From the NCBI GenBank assembly GCA_963767735.1, contig CAVYES010000005.1, positions 160,001 to 224,000 of the forward strand: a stretch of 64,000 bases of DNA. The letters are read 5' to 3'. This document shows, piece by piece, positions 20,255 through 30,704 of the stretch (the first letter of the stretch is position 1; every line of letters starts with the position of its first letter). The notes beneath the pieces are model-generated. The model was given only the letters and a program-made list of their open reading frames with translations, made no database searches and was not told where the DNA came from. A program made the translations under genes and the position numbers. The stretch comes from Candidatus Bathyarchaeota archaeon. Its GTDB lineage: Archaea; Thermoproteota; Bathyarchaeia; Bathyarchaeales; Bathycorpusculaceae.

Positions 20255-20838
20255 TACATGGCTCCTTTTGAGCTTGGCACGCCTTTGCGTCTTGGGTCCA
20301 GGGTGACTGCTTGCCTTAGTGATAAGGCGAGGGCTTTCACTGCCGCTTCTGCCTTGTGGTGGTCGTTGCTGCCGTACTCAACGAAAACGTGGACGTTTGA
20401 CCCAAGCGAGGTGGCGAAGGACTCGAAGAAGTGCACTATGTCTTCGGTGGGCATGTTCTCTACTTTTTTGCCTCTCAGTTTAAGGTCAATTTTGAAATAT
20501 GGGCGTTTCACCAGATCTACGGCTGCAAAGGCTAACGAGCAATCCATCGGGGCAGCTGCGTTGCCGAAGCGTGCAATGCCTTCTCGGGTGCCCAACGCTT
20601 TGTTTAGTGCTTCACCTAAGCCTATGGCTAAATCTTCTACAGAGTGGTGCACCAAATCGCCCTTCACAGAAGCGGTTATGTCGATTAGGCTGTGGGTTGC
20701 TAAGGAAGTTATCATGTGGTCAAGAAAAGGCACGCCTGTGGCTACGCTGACTTTTCCTTCTCCGTCAAGGTTCACTTTTACTTGAACTTCGGTTTCTTTG
20801 GTTTTACGGTAAACTTCTTCGGTTCTCATCTTATTCAC
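20254..20838 (-). CDS. hisB: Imidazoleglycerol-phosphate dehydratase
   Basis: RKTKET, FLDHM, HHSVED, NDHHKAEA, PSSKG. Confidence 0.97.
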   Translation of the reverse strand: MNKMRTEEVYRKTKETEVQVKVNLDGEGKVSVATGVPFLDHMITSLATHSLIDITASVKGDLVHHSVEDLAIGLGEALNKALGTREGIARFGNAAAPMDCSLAFAAVDLVKRPYFKIDLKLRGKKVENMPTEDIVHFFESFATSLGSNVHVFVEYGSNDHHKAEAAVKALALSLRQAVTLDPRRKGVPSSKGAM

Positions 20839-21949
20839 CCTGAATCTGCTTTAATGCTTCAACTAGTTTAGCATTCATTTCTGGCAAGCCAACGGTCACG
20901 CGGAAGCAATTTTCGTACTGGAGGATTTTGCCCCATTTCTTGAGCATTATGCCACGTTTCAACAGTTTCTCGTTAACTTCGTCAGCTGGCTTCCTCGTAT
21001 TGACGAGAAGGAAGTTTGCTTGTGAATCAAATGCTTGCACGCCATCTATTTCGTTGAGTTCCTTTATCAATTTTCCTCGTTCACTCTTCACCTGCAATAC
21101 AGAATTCTTCATCAACTCGGTGTTGTCGAGCATCTTAGAACCCATTCTTAAAGTGAAAGAGCTTACTGGATAGGGTAACGGAGCTTTTTCTCTTAAAATT
21201 TTTGCCAACTCGGGATTTGCAACTGCGTAGCCAAGCCTAAGTGCGGCTAAACCGAATGCTTTGGAGAATGTTCTGAGAATAATCATGTTCTGGAACTCGC
21301 TTATTCGCGGCACCAGCGTGTAGTCAGCGAATTCACCATAAGCTTCGTCTAAGATTACAATTCCTGGAAAAGCTTTGGCTATAGTTTCAACGTCTTCCAC
21401 TTTAAACTGAGTGGACGTCGGATTATTAGGTGAACAGATGTAGAGTAATCTGGTTTTGTCTGAAAACTTGGACAGCATCCCTTTAACGTCTAGCTGCAAG
21501 TTGCTTTGAAGCGGCACCAATATGTATTCGCCTTCTTGCCGTTTAACGCAAAGTTTTGGAATACTAAATGTCGGTGCAAACGAAACAGCGGCTTCGCCTT
21601 TCTCAACAAAAAGCCTGATAATTCGGTCGATTAATTCGTCGCTTGCGTTTCCAATTACGATATGATCTTTTGGTGCCCCAATGTAACCTGTTAGCTTTTC
21701 GCGCAATTTGGATTCTTCATCTTCAGGGTACAGTCGCAGGTCAATATCGTCAGCTACCTCTTTAACAAGTTTAACTTGCTTAACTCTTGGCATGAAGAGG
21801 TTCTCGTTGAAATTTAGCTTGATCACTTGTTTTGTAGGGATGCCTATTTGCTTCGCTACCATTTCGGGTGAGGCTCCGGCAGTGTAGCAATCTATCGCCT
21901 GAAGTTTCACAAGTTTTCCGTTTAACCATTTTCTGTATGATGCGCTCAT
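20831..21949 (-). CDS. hisC: Histidinol-phosphate aminotransferase
   Basis: KLNFNEN, CSPNNP, DEAYGEF, RTFSKAFGLAALRLGY. Confidence 0.95.
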   Translation of the reverse strand: MSASYRKWLNGKLVKLQAIDCYTAGASPEMVAKQIGIPTKQVIKLNFNENLFMPRVKQVKLVKEVADDIDLRLYPEDEESKLREKLTGYIGAPKDHIVIGNASDELIDRIIRLFVEKGEAAVSFAPTFSIPKLCVKRQEGEYILVPLQSNLQLDVKGMLSKFSDKTRLLYICSPNNPTSTQFKVEDVETIAKAFPGIVILDEAYGEFADYTLVPRISEFQNMIILRTFSKAFGLAALRLGYAVANPELAKILREKAPLPYPVSSFTLRMGSKMLDNTELMKNSVLQVKSERGKLIKELNEIDGVQAFDSQANFLLVNTRKPADEVNEKLLKRGIMLKKWGKILQYENCFRVTVGLPEMNAKLVEALKQIQGE

Positions 21950-23244
21950 TTTTCAAACCTTGCCTCTATTGCTTTGTAGTGGTTGGGAAGATTTTCTGCT
22001 TTCGCCATAACTTTGATGGTGTCTTTTGCTCTTTCTAGACCTGTTCTGGAGCTTTCAACTATGTTTACTCGCCTCATAAAATCCAACGCAGATAAGCCTG
22101 AAAATGAATGCGCGAACCCGCCTGTTGGAAGTACATGGTTGGTTCCGCTGCCGTAATCGCTAAGCGCAACTGGACTATATGGACCTAAAAGTATGAGGCC
22201 AGCGGTTAGTTTCTCTGCAATCTCCTGGGGCTTAGCGGTCATGACTTCTAAGTGTTCAGGCGCAAATTGATTAACCAAATTGACCGCCTCATCCATGCTT
22301 TTGCAGACTATTATGAAGCCGTATTTGGATAGTGCCTCTGACACTTTTTCGCACCTTTCCGCCGATGCAGCAACAGTCTCGAGATTTTCTCGCACTTTCT
22401 GGGCAACATTTTCAGAGGTTGTTATAAGTCCAGCAACGCTGTCTCCACCATGCTCAGCTTGCGAAACCATGTCAAAAGCTATGAAGCGTTCATCAGCCGA
22501 CTCATCAGCCAAAACGAGAACTTCGCTTGGGCCAGCCGGCATATCTATTGCCACATCCTTTGAAACCAAAATTTTAGCGGCAGTCACGTATTTGCTTCCT
22601 GGACCCACAATTTTTCGTACAGGCTTTATGGTTTTTGTACCATAAGCTAATGCAGCGATTGCTTGGGCTCCGCCAACCTTGTAAACTTCATCGACCCCGC
22701 AGATGTCTGCAGCGACAAGTACAAGCGGGTTAACTTTGCCCTTTGTGTCTGACGGTGAACAAACAACGATTCTTGGGACGCCCGCAACTTTAGCAGGAAC
22801 CGCAGTCATGATGAGGGTGCTTGGGTAGGCGGCTTGTCCTCCTGGAACGTAGCAGCCGACACTTTCGATGGGACGCAGAACTGTCTGAACCCAAACGCCG
22901 TCGCTCAAAGTTTTGATTTCAGGGGTGAGCATTTGCTTTTGGAAGGCGTTGACTTTTTCTTTCATGAATTTTAAGGCACAGACTTGTTCGAGGCTGCATT
23001 TATTGTAAGCTTCCTTGATTTCTTCTTTCCTGACTTTGAGGTTTCGCAGGGTTAATTCGGTTTTGTCAAATTTTAGGGCAAGCTCAACCAACGCATCATT
23101 GCCTTTATCTTTAACTCGGTCAATGATAGTTTTTACGCTGTTTTCTACTTCTTGAGTTGACTTTTCGTCTGCCTTCTGCCGCATGAACCAGTTTGCAGGG
23201 AGCTCTTCTGATTTGTAGACTTTCACTTTGACTTGCTTTTGCAC
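21946..23244 (-). CDS. hisD: Histidinol dehydrogenase
   Basis: GCYVPGG, IDMPAGPSE, QAEH, GTNHVLPT. Confidence 0.97.
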   Translation of the reverse strand: MQKQVKVKVYKSEELPANWFMRQKADEKSTQEVENSVKTIIDRVKDKGNDALVELALKFDKTELTLRNLKVRKEEIKEAYNKCSLEQVCALKFMKEKVNAFQKQMLTPEIKTLSDGVWVQTVLRPIESVGCYVPGGQAAYPSTLIMTAVPAKVAGVPRIVVCSPSDTKGKVNPLVLVAADICGVDEVYKVGGAQAIAALAYGTKTIKPVRKIVGPGSKYVTAAKILVSKDVAIDMPAGPSEVLVLADESADERFIAFDMVSQAEHGGDSVAGLITTSENVAQKVRENLETVAASAERCEKVSEALSKYGFIIVCKSMDEAVNLVNQFAPEHLEVMTAKPQEIAEKLTAGLILLGPYSPVALSDYGSGTNHVLPTGGFAHSFSGLSALDFMRRVNIVESSRTGLERAKDTIKVMAKAENLPNHYKAIEARFEK

Positions 23245-24221
23245 GGGTTCTCCTCTCTTTTACCAATCTCGTCAAGTGCCAGAACCTGACGAGGTTCATA
23301 AACAACTAAACCCTGAGCTAACTTACGGATTTTTGGCAACAGCTCGATTAAAATGTCTTTCTCGATGACCGTGTTGACGCTGACCCATGCGTCATCTGCC
23401 AACGGCGATATAGTCGGGTTCTTCAACGCTGGTAACTCCGTTAAGAGCTTTTGCAGATTTGACCTTTTAACGTTGACAAATATGTGGATTCTTTTTGAAC
23501 CGTCAACAACTCCTTTGAGCAACGCTAATATGTCGTGGATTTTCTCTCGTTTCTCTGGATCTTCCATTGCCTTTTTGTTGGCGATAAGGATTGCCGAAGA
23601 CTTCAAGACGGTGTCTATGATTTTTAGGTTGTTTGCTTCAATTGTTGTTCCCGTTTCCGTTACATCCATTATGGCGTCGGAGTTTTCCGGCGGTTTCGCC
23701 TCGGTTGCACCGAATGATAAAAAGATTTTGGCTCTTGGGTTATCGCCTTTTTTCCACCAAGGGGTAACAAGCATAGGGTCGGCGTCGCCGAAACGCTTCT
23801 TGTATTGAGGTGTGCTTTTCAGATACTCGGAAGCTATGTTAAGGTATTCGGTGCTGATTCGGAAGTTTTTGCCTTGGCTCCAGATTGATTCCATGAACTC
23901 GCCCATCGTGTAGTTTTCGCAGGTTTTTGGGACGGCTATTACAAGCCTGATTTTTCCGTATTCCAAGTTCTGTAGGATTTCAACATCTGCACGGTTTTCT
24001 TTTACCCAATCTTCGCCTGTGATTCCCAGGTCCTGTAAGCCTTCGCTGACAAAGACGGGGATTTCTTGGGGTCTGAGAACCTTAAGTTCGATTTGGGGGT
24101 CGTTTATGCTTGGGCGATATGTTCGTTCTGTTCCGCCGATTTTAAAGCCTGATTTAGAGAAGAATTCCGCTGTAGCTTTTTCTAGGGAGCCTTTTGGGAT
24201 GGCAAATTTTATTTTATCCAT
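23223..24221 (-). CDS. hisG: ATP phosphoribosyltransferase (long form)
   Basis: AIPKGSLE, RPQEIP, SFGATEAK, DVTETGTTIEANNL, C-terminal PTISPL regulatory domain. Confidence 0.96.
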   Translation of the reverse strand: MDKIKFAIPKGSLEKATAEFFSKSGFKIGGTERTYRPSINDPQIELKVLRPQEIPVFVSEGLQDLGITGEDWVKENRADVEILQNLEYGKIRLVIAVPKTCENYTMGEFMESIWSQGKNFRISTEYLNIASEYLKSTPQYKKRFGDADPMLVTPWWKKGDNPRAKIFLSFGATEAKPPENSDAIMDVTETGTTIEANNLKIIDTVLKSSAILIANKKAMEDPEKREKIHDILALLKGVVDGSKRIHIFVNVKRSNLQKLLTELPALKNPTISPLADDAWVSVNTVIEKDILIELLPKIRKLAQGLVVYEPRQVLALDEIGKREENPCKSKSK

Positions 24222-24478
24222 AATTTTTCACCTAAATTTTTAGAGAAACCACTGAGGGTTTTTTGTTTTGCTAAAACGGTAATTCGAAGGAACGCGCCTA
24301 ATAACAAGTAGCTTTTCGTTTTGACACTTAGACAGTTTGGATTGCTTTTAATGAACGCAATCGCCTTGTATGAACGCAATCCCTCATCATATACCACTGA
24401 AAGACACCTGAACGCCTGACTTCTTAATAAACTGTTTTCCTAATATTTAACTGTCGGAAAGCTAAAAAGGCGTTAAAC

Positions 24479-25060
24479 TTAAGGTGGCATGCGTTTTTTA
24501 ATTTCAAAAACCAGCGGCGGCGCCGAATTTCGGGTTTCTAACTCTACGCTTAACAGTCCTTCCATGATGCCCTTCCAAATTTCACAATCATTAATAAACG
24601 GGGTTTTCAGGAGCAAAAACTTGTCTTTTAAATAGAAATCTCCGAATCCTTGCACTTTTAGCCGTTCAAAAATCTTTTCCCAGTTTTTCTGTTCGCTTGC
24701 TTCAATTCCTAGCGTTGATTGGATAGAAACTTTTAGTGCATTACCCATCCTTTCACCTGTCTCACGCCAGCTTTCTTTAGGTATCTGCTGAGTCAGTATG
24801 TTGAATAATTCAACATTCACAAGTGCTATGCGGCTTATTCCACAATAGTATTCTCCGGGAAAACGCCAATCATCAATCATCATGCTTTTGTAAATTTCAA
24901 GCATTTTGGAGAAGAGAGGTTTAATTCCAGGCTCTTTCCCATCTTTAATTAATGCTTCAATGAATTCTCTTTCGCCCTTTTCAAGGATAATTGTTGTCCT
25001 TTTTGTTTCTTCACTTTTCTCTTTTGGTAGATCAAGTCTTTTTGGGCGGGTTTCTTGCAT
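24479..25060 (-). CDS. Hypothetical protein, possible DNA-binding N-terminus with V4R-like domain
   Basis: KRTTIILEKGERE N-terminus; GFGDF and KGIMEGLL patterns. Confidence 0.6.
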   Translation of the reverse strand: MQETRPKRLDLPKEKSEETKRTTIILEKGEREFIEALIKDGKEPGIKPLFSKMLEIYKSMMIDDWRFPGEYYCGISRIALVNVELFNILTQQIPKESWRETGERMGNALKVSIQSTLGIEASEQKNWEKIFERLKVQGFGDFYLKDKFLLLKTPFINDCEIWKGIMEGLLSVELETRNSAPPLVFEIKKRMPP

Positions 25061-25239
25061 ACAAACTATTTCTACGTTAATATCTAATATGACTTATGTA
25101 TTCAGAAAGCATATTCGTGGTCAGGTTCTTTTTGGAACTTCAAAGAACAGTTAAATAAAACAGGCTATGTCTCTAGAAGTCGCCGATGAAGAATCTAAAC
25201 TGCTGATTGATGATGCACCCTGGGGTATCTGAGGCAAAC

Positions 25240-25476
25240 TTAGATGGTTATTAGCTTCTTTCTGATAAGGAACACCATGAGCGCCATACCAACTACAAAA
25301 GAGATAATGCCTATGCCTATTGAGACGAAATAGTGTACTTTAGCGACCCGCACCAGGGCGTATGTGCCGTAAGTTGGACCCACGAAGATTAGAAGCATCG
25401 ATACAACTACAAGTGTGATTCTCCAAAATTTCGAGTATATTCCCGTGACGTTAACGTTTTCTTCATTTTCAGTCAT
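25240..25476 (-). CDS. Small two-TM membrane protein
   Basis: Two hydrophobic helices; 12 bp downstream of the PAC2 gene. Confidence 0.7.
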   Translation of the reverse strand: MTENEENVNVTGIYSKFWRITLVVVSMLLIFVGPTYGTYALVRVAKVHYFVSIGIGIISFVVGMALMVFLIRKKLITI

Positions 25477-25488
25477 GTGACACCCAAC

Positions 25489-26160
25489 TTACTGTTCTTC
25501 TGGTGCATTGTTTTCTACTAAACCTTCTTTTATCTCTTTTCCTAAAGCTTTCATCAAAAACTTGAAAACGAGAAATCCAGCTTCGCGGTCTGCTTTAAAA
25601 CCCGTTGTTGTTCCAAGCAAACTTACTCCTTCAAGTTTCCTTTCTTTCGCCATCGCCAATAAAAGACCTGTTCCACCAACGATTCTGCCTTTACTGTAAA
25701 TAACCGCGCCTTTTTCCATAAACTCGGCTGCCAACCTATTTGAGGTAGCGGCGATGTAAACCTGCGCTTTATCTTCACCAATCGGTATCCCGCCCATGGT
25801 TACGATGAAATGGCAACCTAACGTTTCAACAAAATCAAGAACTTCTTCACAAACCTCATAATGAGCAACCACATCATCAAACGACGGCTGAATTTCACCC
25901 GTCATAATAACCAAATTGTTTTTCACCATAGGAGCATAATAAAACTCGTACCTCGGCAAATGAGCTATGCCCTTCGCATTTATAGAAACGTAATCTGGAA
26001 AAGTAGGAGAATACAACTCGGCAAAAGGCTTAGCGTCACAGAACTTGATGAGAAGATGCGCCGCAATTCTACCAACATTCCCAAATCCAGGCAACCCCTG
26101 AATAAAAAACGGGTTCTCAAGAGTCGGGTTTGAAAGCTTGCGCAAATAAGCCTTATCCAT
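25489..26160 (-). CDS. PAC2-family proteasome assembly chaperone
   Basis: QGLPGFGNVGRIAA, IVGGTGLLL. Confidence 0.9.
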   Translation of the reverse strand: MDKAYLRKLSNPTLENPFFIQGLPGFGNVGRIAAHLLIKFCDAKPFAELYSPTFPDYVSINAKGIAHLPRYEFYYAPMVKNNLVIMTGEIQPSFDDVVAHYEVCEEVLDFVETLGCHFIVTMGGIPIGEDKAQVYIAATSNRLAAEFMEKGAVIYSKGRIVGGTGLLLAMAKERKLEGVSLLGTTTGFKADREAGFLVFKFLMKALGKEIKEGLVENNAPEEQ

Positions 26161-26287
26161 CTGTAAACATCCTTCCCCATAGAATATTAGTCGCCACTAA
26201 AATGCTTTGCCACCATAGGAAAAAGAAACTATTAATATTCGACTAAGAACCTAATAGGATGCTAAAACTAAATTATTAGCAGCATTT

Positions 26288-26389
26288 AGCGGGGTGGGGT
26301 AGCCAGGATTAACCCGCTGGGCTCATAACGGCACAATTGTGCTGTGAGACACCCAGAGATCACTAGTTCAAATCTAGTCCCCGCTACCA
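26288..26389 (+). tRNA. tRNA-Met(CAT), initiator type, with a 23-nt canonical intron (26328-26350)
   Basis: A1:T72 pair, GGG/CCC anticodon stem, BHB motif CTCA-TAA / TGAG-ACA, encoded CCA. Confidence 0.95.
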
Positions 26390-26530
26390 ACAATTTTCTT
26401 TTACATTATTCCGTTCAAGTCTGATCTTTCAAGAGAGTCTTTTGCAAGTTTTTCTGATTATGTCTTGCAATTAACGGGAAAAGTTAAGAGAAGCATAAAT
26501 CCATTAACAGCAAAAGAGAGAGGCTTAAAA

Positions 26531-26839
26531 TTGCAAACCAAAACTGAACATCCCTATATCCAAGTTGACTCAAAGATTTGCAATGGTTCCCCCGTGATCG
26601 CAGGTACACGCATAAGGGTTGTTGACATAGCCATCGAGTACGAATACATGAACTGCTCGCCTGATGACATAATTACCGCTCACCCTCATCTAAGACTCGA
26701 GCAAGTGCATGATGTCCTGTCTTATTACTATGAGCATCAACCTGAAATTGATAAGAAAATAAAGGAAGATCAAGATTTCATCGGTAAACTGCGGCAAGCG
26801 CAAAAGGCAGATGACAATTCATCGCTTCAAAAAACCTAA
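26531..26839 (+). CDS. DUF433-family antitoxin
   Basis: ICNGSPVIAGTRIRV, HPHLRLEQVHDVLSYY. Confidence 0.88.
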   Translation: MQTKTEHPYIQVDSKICNGSPVIAGTRIRVVDIAIEYEYMNCSPDDIITAHPHLRLEQVHDVLSYYYEHQPEIDKKIKEDQDFIGKLRQAQKADDNSSLQKT

Positions 26840-26886
26840 ACATTTACGTTGACGAAAGCATCGATGTGCCTATTTGGTTCACCTAG
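26836..26886 (+). pseudogene. N-terminal stub of a DUF5615-type PIN toxin
   Basis: LNIYVDESIDVP immediately after DUF433, then truncated. Confidence 0.5.
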
Positions 26887-26929
26887 AATACCGGGCAGGT
26901 AGGCTGTGAGAGCAAAAGAAGTTCTCTGT

Positions 26930-27343
26930 TTATGGGTTCGTTTGTCTGGTGGCTATAACGAACAGTCCGCCGACGATGCCTAGTAACGCTCCTATGAAGA
27001 AGCCCCCCATGCCTACAAAGCTGACGGCTGAGAACATGATGATAACTGCTGCCCAAATAATGCGTTGTTGCGGGTTAAGTCTCAGATTGATAGAGCTCAT
27101 CACCACGATTACGCCGCAGATCACTGCTAGCAACGAGATTCCTGCTAGAAAACCATCAGAACTGGCGCTGCCCATGAAATTGTGGTATCCACCCATTATT
27201 CCACTTATGAAACTGCCGTATCCGCCAAAGTTTGGAGTGCCTGAACTGTACCAGACCACGTTTATTATGCTGGTCATCAGTACGATTAAGCCTCCAACCA
27301 ACGAGACGATATACGCGAATGTTATTCCCTGATTTGTCGCCAT
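26930..27343 (-). CDS. Gly-rich membrane protein
   Basis: Four hydrophobic segments, GGFFIGALLGIVGG. Confidence 0.75.
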   Translation of the reverse strand: MATNQGITFAYIVSLVGGLIVLMTSIINVVWYSSGTPNFGGYGSFISGIMGGYHNFMGSASSDGFLAGISLLAVICGVIVVMSSINLRLNPQQRIIWAAVIIMFSAVSFVGMGGFFIGALLGIVGGLFVIATRQTNP

Positions 27344-27353
27344 GATTTTCACC

Positions 27354-29111
27354 TCACAAAAATCTCCTGGGGTCAGTATCAATATCCACTATCGAAGGTT
27401 TAGAAGAAGAAAGCGCCTTGTCAACGGCCTCTTCAAGGTCGTTTGGTTCAGTAACCTTAATTCCCATGCCTCCTGAATGCTCAGCAAAATCAGCAAAATT
27501 ATAGTTGTATAGGTCGGTTTGCCAGTTCTCTAAGCCTTCAACTTTTTGCTCCTGCATAATCATTGCCAAATGCTTATTGTTCATCACAAAAACCTTAATC
27601 TGCAAATTGTACTTCAAAGCCGTTAAAAAGTCTCCCAAAACCATCGTTAACCCGCCATCGCCAGTCAAACAAACAATCTGCCTATCCGGGTAAGCCAACG
27701 CCGCGGCCAAAGCGCCTGGCAAACCAAACCCCATCGTAGCCAGAGTGCCGGTCATCACCATCTTCTGGGATTTACGCATCATAAAGTTCCTTCCAAACCA
27801 CCAGCAGTTTTCACCGACATCTAAAGAAATCACTGCGTTATCGGCTATTTTCTGGTTTAAAACTTTGATAATGAATTGGGGTCTAATCGGTTTCCTGCTG
27901 GAATCGGCTTCTTTTTCCAGCTGGTTTAGCCATTCCTGCTTTAACCTTGCAATCTCAGCCAGATAGTCAGCGTTTTGTTTCTGCTGAACTTTCTCTGTTA
28001 ACTTGGGAATGAGCACTGCGCTGTTTCCAAGCAACCCCGCCTCCACAGGATACCTGCGCGCAATCATAAGCGGATTAATATCAATCTGCACAGTTTTTTT
28101 CTGTGGAATCTGCGACAGGTCAGCGAATGAAGATCCGATCGCTATTAGCAAGTCAGCTTTCTGCATAAGTTCGGCTGAGGCAGTTGAACCGATACCGCCG
28201 TGGCATCCAACATAGAGAGATTCATTTTCATCAACAACGCCTTTCGACCTGAAAGTTGCCATAATCGGCGCAGAAATTTTAGAAGCCAACTTTAACAGCT
28301 TGTTGCCTTGGCCCCTCGCCCCAAAACCCGCGAGAATTACTGGTCTAACCGCTTGGTCAACAAGCTTTGCTGCCTTTTCAATCAGCCATTCTTCCTGTCC
28401 ATAAGCAAGATTAGGCATTCTTCCTTCAAACGGCAAAATCTGTGCTTCATAAGGCAACTTTTGCACGTCATTGGGAATTCCAATGTGAGAGACGCCTTGG
28501 TCTAAAAGCGCATGCTTAATCGCCAAAGTAGCCAAAGTAGTTGTTTGGTCTTCGGACATCAAAATCTTGTTAAAAACGCAAATTGGCTCAAAAAAGGCGG
28601 CTTGATCAATCTCTTGGGTTGAACCTGGTCCCATCAGTTGTCTAGCTACCAAACCAGTCAACGCTAAAACCGGTGCATGATCGAGTTTAGCGTCGTATAA
28701 GCCCGTGGCCAAATTTGTTGCGCCTGGACCAGAAATTGCGAGGCAAGCAGCTACGTGCCCTGTGAGTTTTCCGTAGGCTGAAGCCATGAACGCTGCTGTC
28801 TGCTCATGCCGTACCTGAATGTATTTTACTTTTCCGTTGGTTTTGCGTATAGCATCTACGACGCCTAACGTTGAAGTGCCTGGAATGCCGAAAACGTATT
28901 GAACTCCCCACTCGGCAATTTGGTTTATCAGAACTTGCGAAACTGTGTGTTCAACCTTTTTCTCTTCAACTTGCTCTGTCAACAACACGAAAACGGATTT
29001 GGGCGCTCCACAAACCGGGCACACCCATTCTTTAGGCAAATCGCTAAACTTCTTTCCTTCCTTTACTTCATCATAAACATAGTTGCAGACTGTGCACCTG
29101 TACCTTGCCAT
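27354..29111 (-). CDS. Rubredoxin-fused TPP-dependent enzyme (pyruvate oxidase/AHAS family)
   Basis: [11 protein letters not shown]...WVCPVCG, then VFGIPG, RHEQ, GPGATN, GDGG...NN. Confidence 0.92.
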   Translation of the reverse strand: MARYRCTVCNYVYDEVKEGKKFSDLPKEWVCPVCGAPKSVFVLLTEQVEEKKVEHTVSQVLINQIAEWGVQYVFGIPGTSTLGVVDAIRKTNGKVKYIQVRHEQTAAFMASAYGKLTGHVAACLAISGPGATNLATGLYDAKLDHAPVLALTGLVARQLMGPGSTQEIDQAAFFEPICVFNKILMSEDQTTTLATLAIKHALLDQGVSHIGIPNDVQKLPYEAQILPFEGRMPNLAYGQEEWLIEKAAKLVDQAVRPVILAGFGARGQGNKLLKLASKISAPIMATFRSKGVVDENESLYVGCHGGIGSTASAELMQKADLLIAIGSSFADLSQIPQKKTVQIDINPLMIARRYPVEAGLLGNSAVLIPKLTEKVQQKQNADYLAEIARLKQEWLNQLEKEADSSRKPIRPQFIIKVLNQKIADNAVISLDVGENCWWFGRNFMMRKSQKMVMTGTLATMGFGLPGALAAALAYPDRQIVCLTGDGGLTMVLGDFLTALKYNLQIKVFVMNNKHLAMIMQEQKVEGLENWQTDLYNYNFADFAEHSGGMGIKVTEPNDLEEAVDKALSSSKPSIVDIDTDPRRFL

Positions 29112-29243
29112 AATTAACCCTCAAAAATATGTCTATTAGAATTAAATTGATTCGCCCTTATCTGTGTATTGGAGTTTGCCAAAAGGCAATCCGAACAATT
29201 CATAAATCGCCCAAACTATTATTCCTTAAAGAGATGCATACCT

Positions 29244-30176
29244 ATGGAAAACTGGGACGTAATAATAATCGGCGCGGGTTCGGCAGGTTTATCCGCGGGA
29301 ATTTACGCTGTGCGAAGCGGGTTGAAAACGTTGATTTTAGAGGAAAAACTAGCTGGAGGAACAATAGCTGACGCCTCAATTGTGGTGAATTACCCAGGAT
29401 TCGCCGAGATCAGCGGAGGAGAACTTGCTGAAAAAATGACTGCTCACTGCAAAAAGGTCGGTGCAAACATCCATGATTTGGAGCCAGTGACGGAACTAGA
29501 GCTTATGGGTGAAAAGAAAATTGTTAAGACTTCCAAAACGTCTTATGAAGCCTCAGCAATAATTTTTTCAACGGGTTCACACTACAAAGAAGTCAATGTC
29601 AAAGGCGAAAAAGAATTCCGCGGCAGAGGCGTAAGTTACTGTGGGGTCTGTGATGGACCATTCTTTAAAGGCAAACATGTGCTGGTTATCGGCGGCGGGA
29701 ATTCAGCTTGCATCACCACACTCTACCTTTCAGGCCTAGCTTCCCAAGTTACTGTGGTGCATAGAAAAAAAGCTTTCAGAGCAGAAGAATCTTTGGTAAC
29801 TGATATATCAGCAAAGAATAACGTGGTTGTGGTGTGGAACACTGAAGTTCAAGAAATCAAAGGAGACAAACAAGTCAAAGCAGTCGCTTTAATTGATAAC
29901 ACAACAGGCGAAACACGCGAACTTGGAGTTGACGCGGTTTTCGTTCAAGTCGGCGAAGCACCAAACAGTCAACATGCCAAAGCAGCCGGAATAGAAACAG
30001 ATGAGCATGGATACATCAAAGTCGACATGAGCCAACGCACAAACCTCGCGGGCGTTTTCGCGGCAGGCGACGTTACGAATCAGCCGATTAAGCAGGTTGG
30101 GACAGCCGTCGGACAAGGCATCACAGCTGCGCTTGAAGCTTACAGTTACATTAGACGACCTTATTACAAAAAATAG
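29244..30176 (+). CDS. trxB: Thioredoxin reductase
   Basis: IIGAGSAG, GVSYCGVCDG, IGGGNSA, FAAGDV. Confidence 0.95.
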   Translation: MENWDVIIIGAGSAGLSAGIYAVRSGLKTLILEEKLAGGTIADASIVVNYPGFAEISGGELAEKMTAHCKKVGANIHDLEPVTELELMGEKKIVKTSKTSYEASAIIFSTGSHYKEVNVKGEKEFRGRGVSYCGVCDGPFFKGKHVLVIGGGNSACITTLYLSGLASQVTVVHRKKAFRAEESLVTDISAKNNVVVVWNTEVQEIKGDKQVKAVALIDNTTGETRELGVDAVFVQVGEAPNSQHAKAAGIETDEHGYIKVDMSQRTNLAGVFAAGDVTNQPIKQVGTAVGQGITAALEAYSYIRRPYYKK

Positions 30177-30278
30177 AGAAAGCTCACGTCTACTTAAGGG
30201 AAGCCACGTCCGCAGCCGACTGTTTATTTTTGACTTGTTTGTCTTTATTTTACCCTGATTTGCGGAAGGCGTCACTGA

Positions 30279-30503
30279 TTAAATTTTGAGGTGGTCATGA
30301 AGGGTCTTCGCAGTTACGTCAGTCCACTCATGGCCACAGCTCTTGCACTTATAGGTGACCTTGAAGTTTTCGATGCGCATGTTAACGGTGCCTCCTCCCC
30401 TGCCCCCCGCTGGCACTTGGACCTCATATGGGTTTCCAAGCTGCTCACGCTTAATCTCCTTTGCCTGAAACAGCCGACCACACGATGAGCATCTCCTGAA
30501 CAT
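30279..30503 (-). CDS. Small zinc-ribbon protein
   Basis: CSSC and CKSCGHEW. Confidence 0.7.
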   Translation of the reverse strand: MFRRCSSCGRLFQAKEIKREQLGNPYEVQVPAGGRGGGTVNMRIENFKVTYKCKSCGHEWTDVTAKTLHDHLKI

Positions 30504-30704
30504 CTTTCAAACTCCCATTAGGTATTGGCGCTAGCTTGCCTTAAGTTTTTTTGCTCTAGCAATATGTGCGGTGCATTAAACGACTTTATTCTCAAAAATA
30601 GAGAGAAAAGATTATATGATTCTAAAACCCTTTTCATGCTTTCAACTAGCTTAAGCATGCTAGCTTGAGCTAAAGTAGCAGCGGTATAAAAAAGAGGTTT
30701 CAGA

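Noticed and set aside
17762-24243. Many long antisense ORFs over the his genes (similarly over AMP phosphorylase and the S53 protease)
   Set aside because: Shadow ORFs of well-supported genes on the opposite strand
24209-24397. Upstream ORF before hisG as a His attenuator leader
   Set aside because: It has no His codons and I saw no clear terminator/antiterminator; only a short ATTGCGTTCAT duplication
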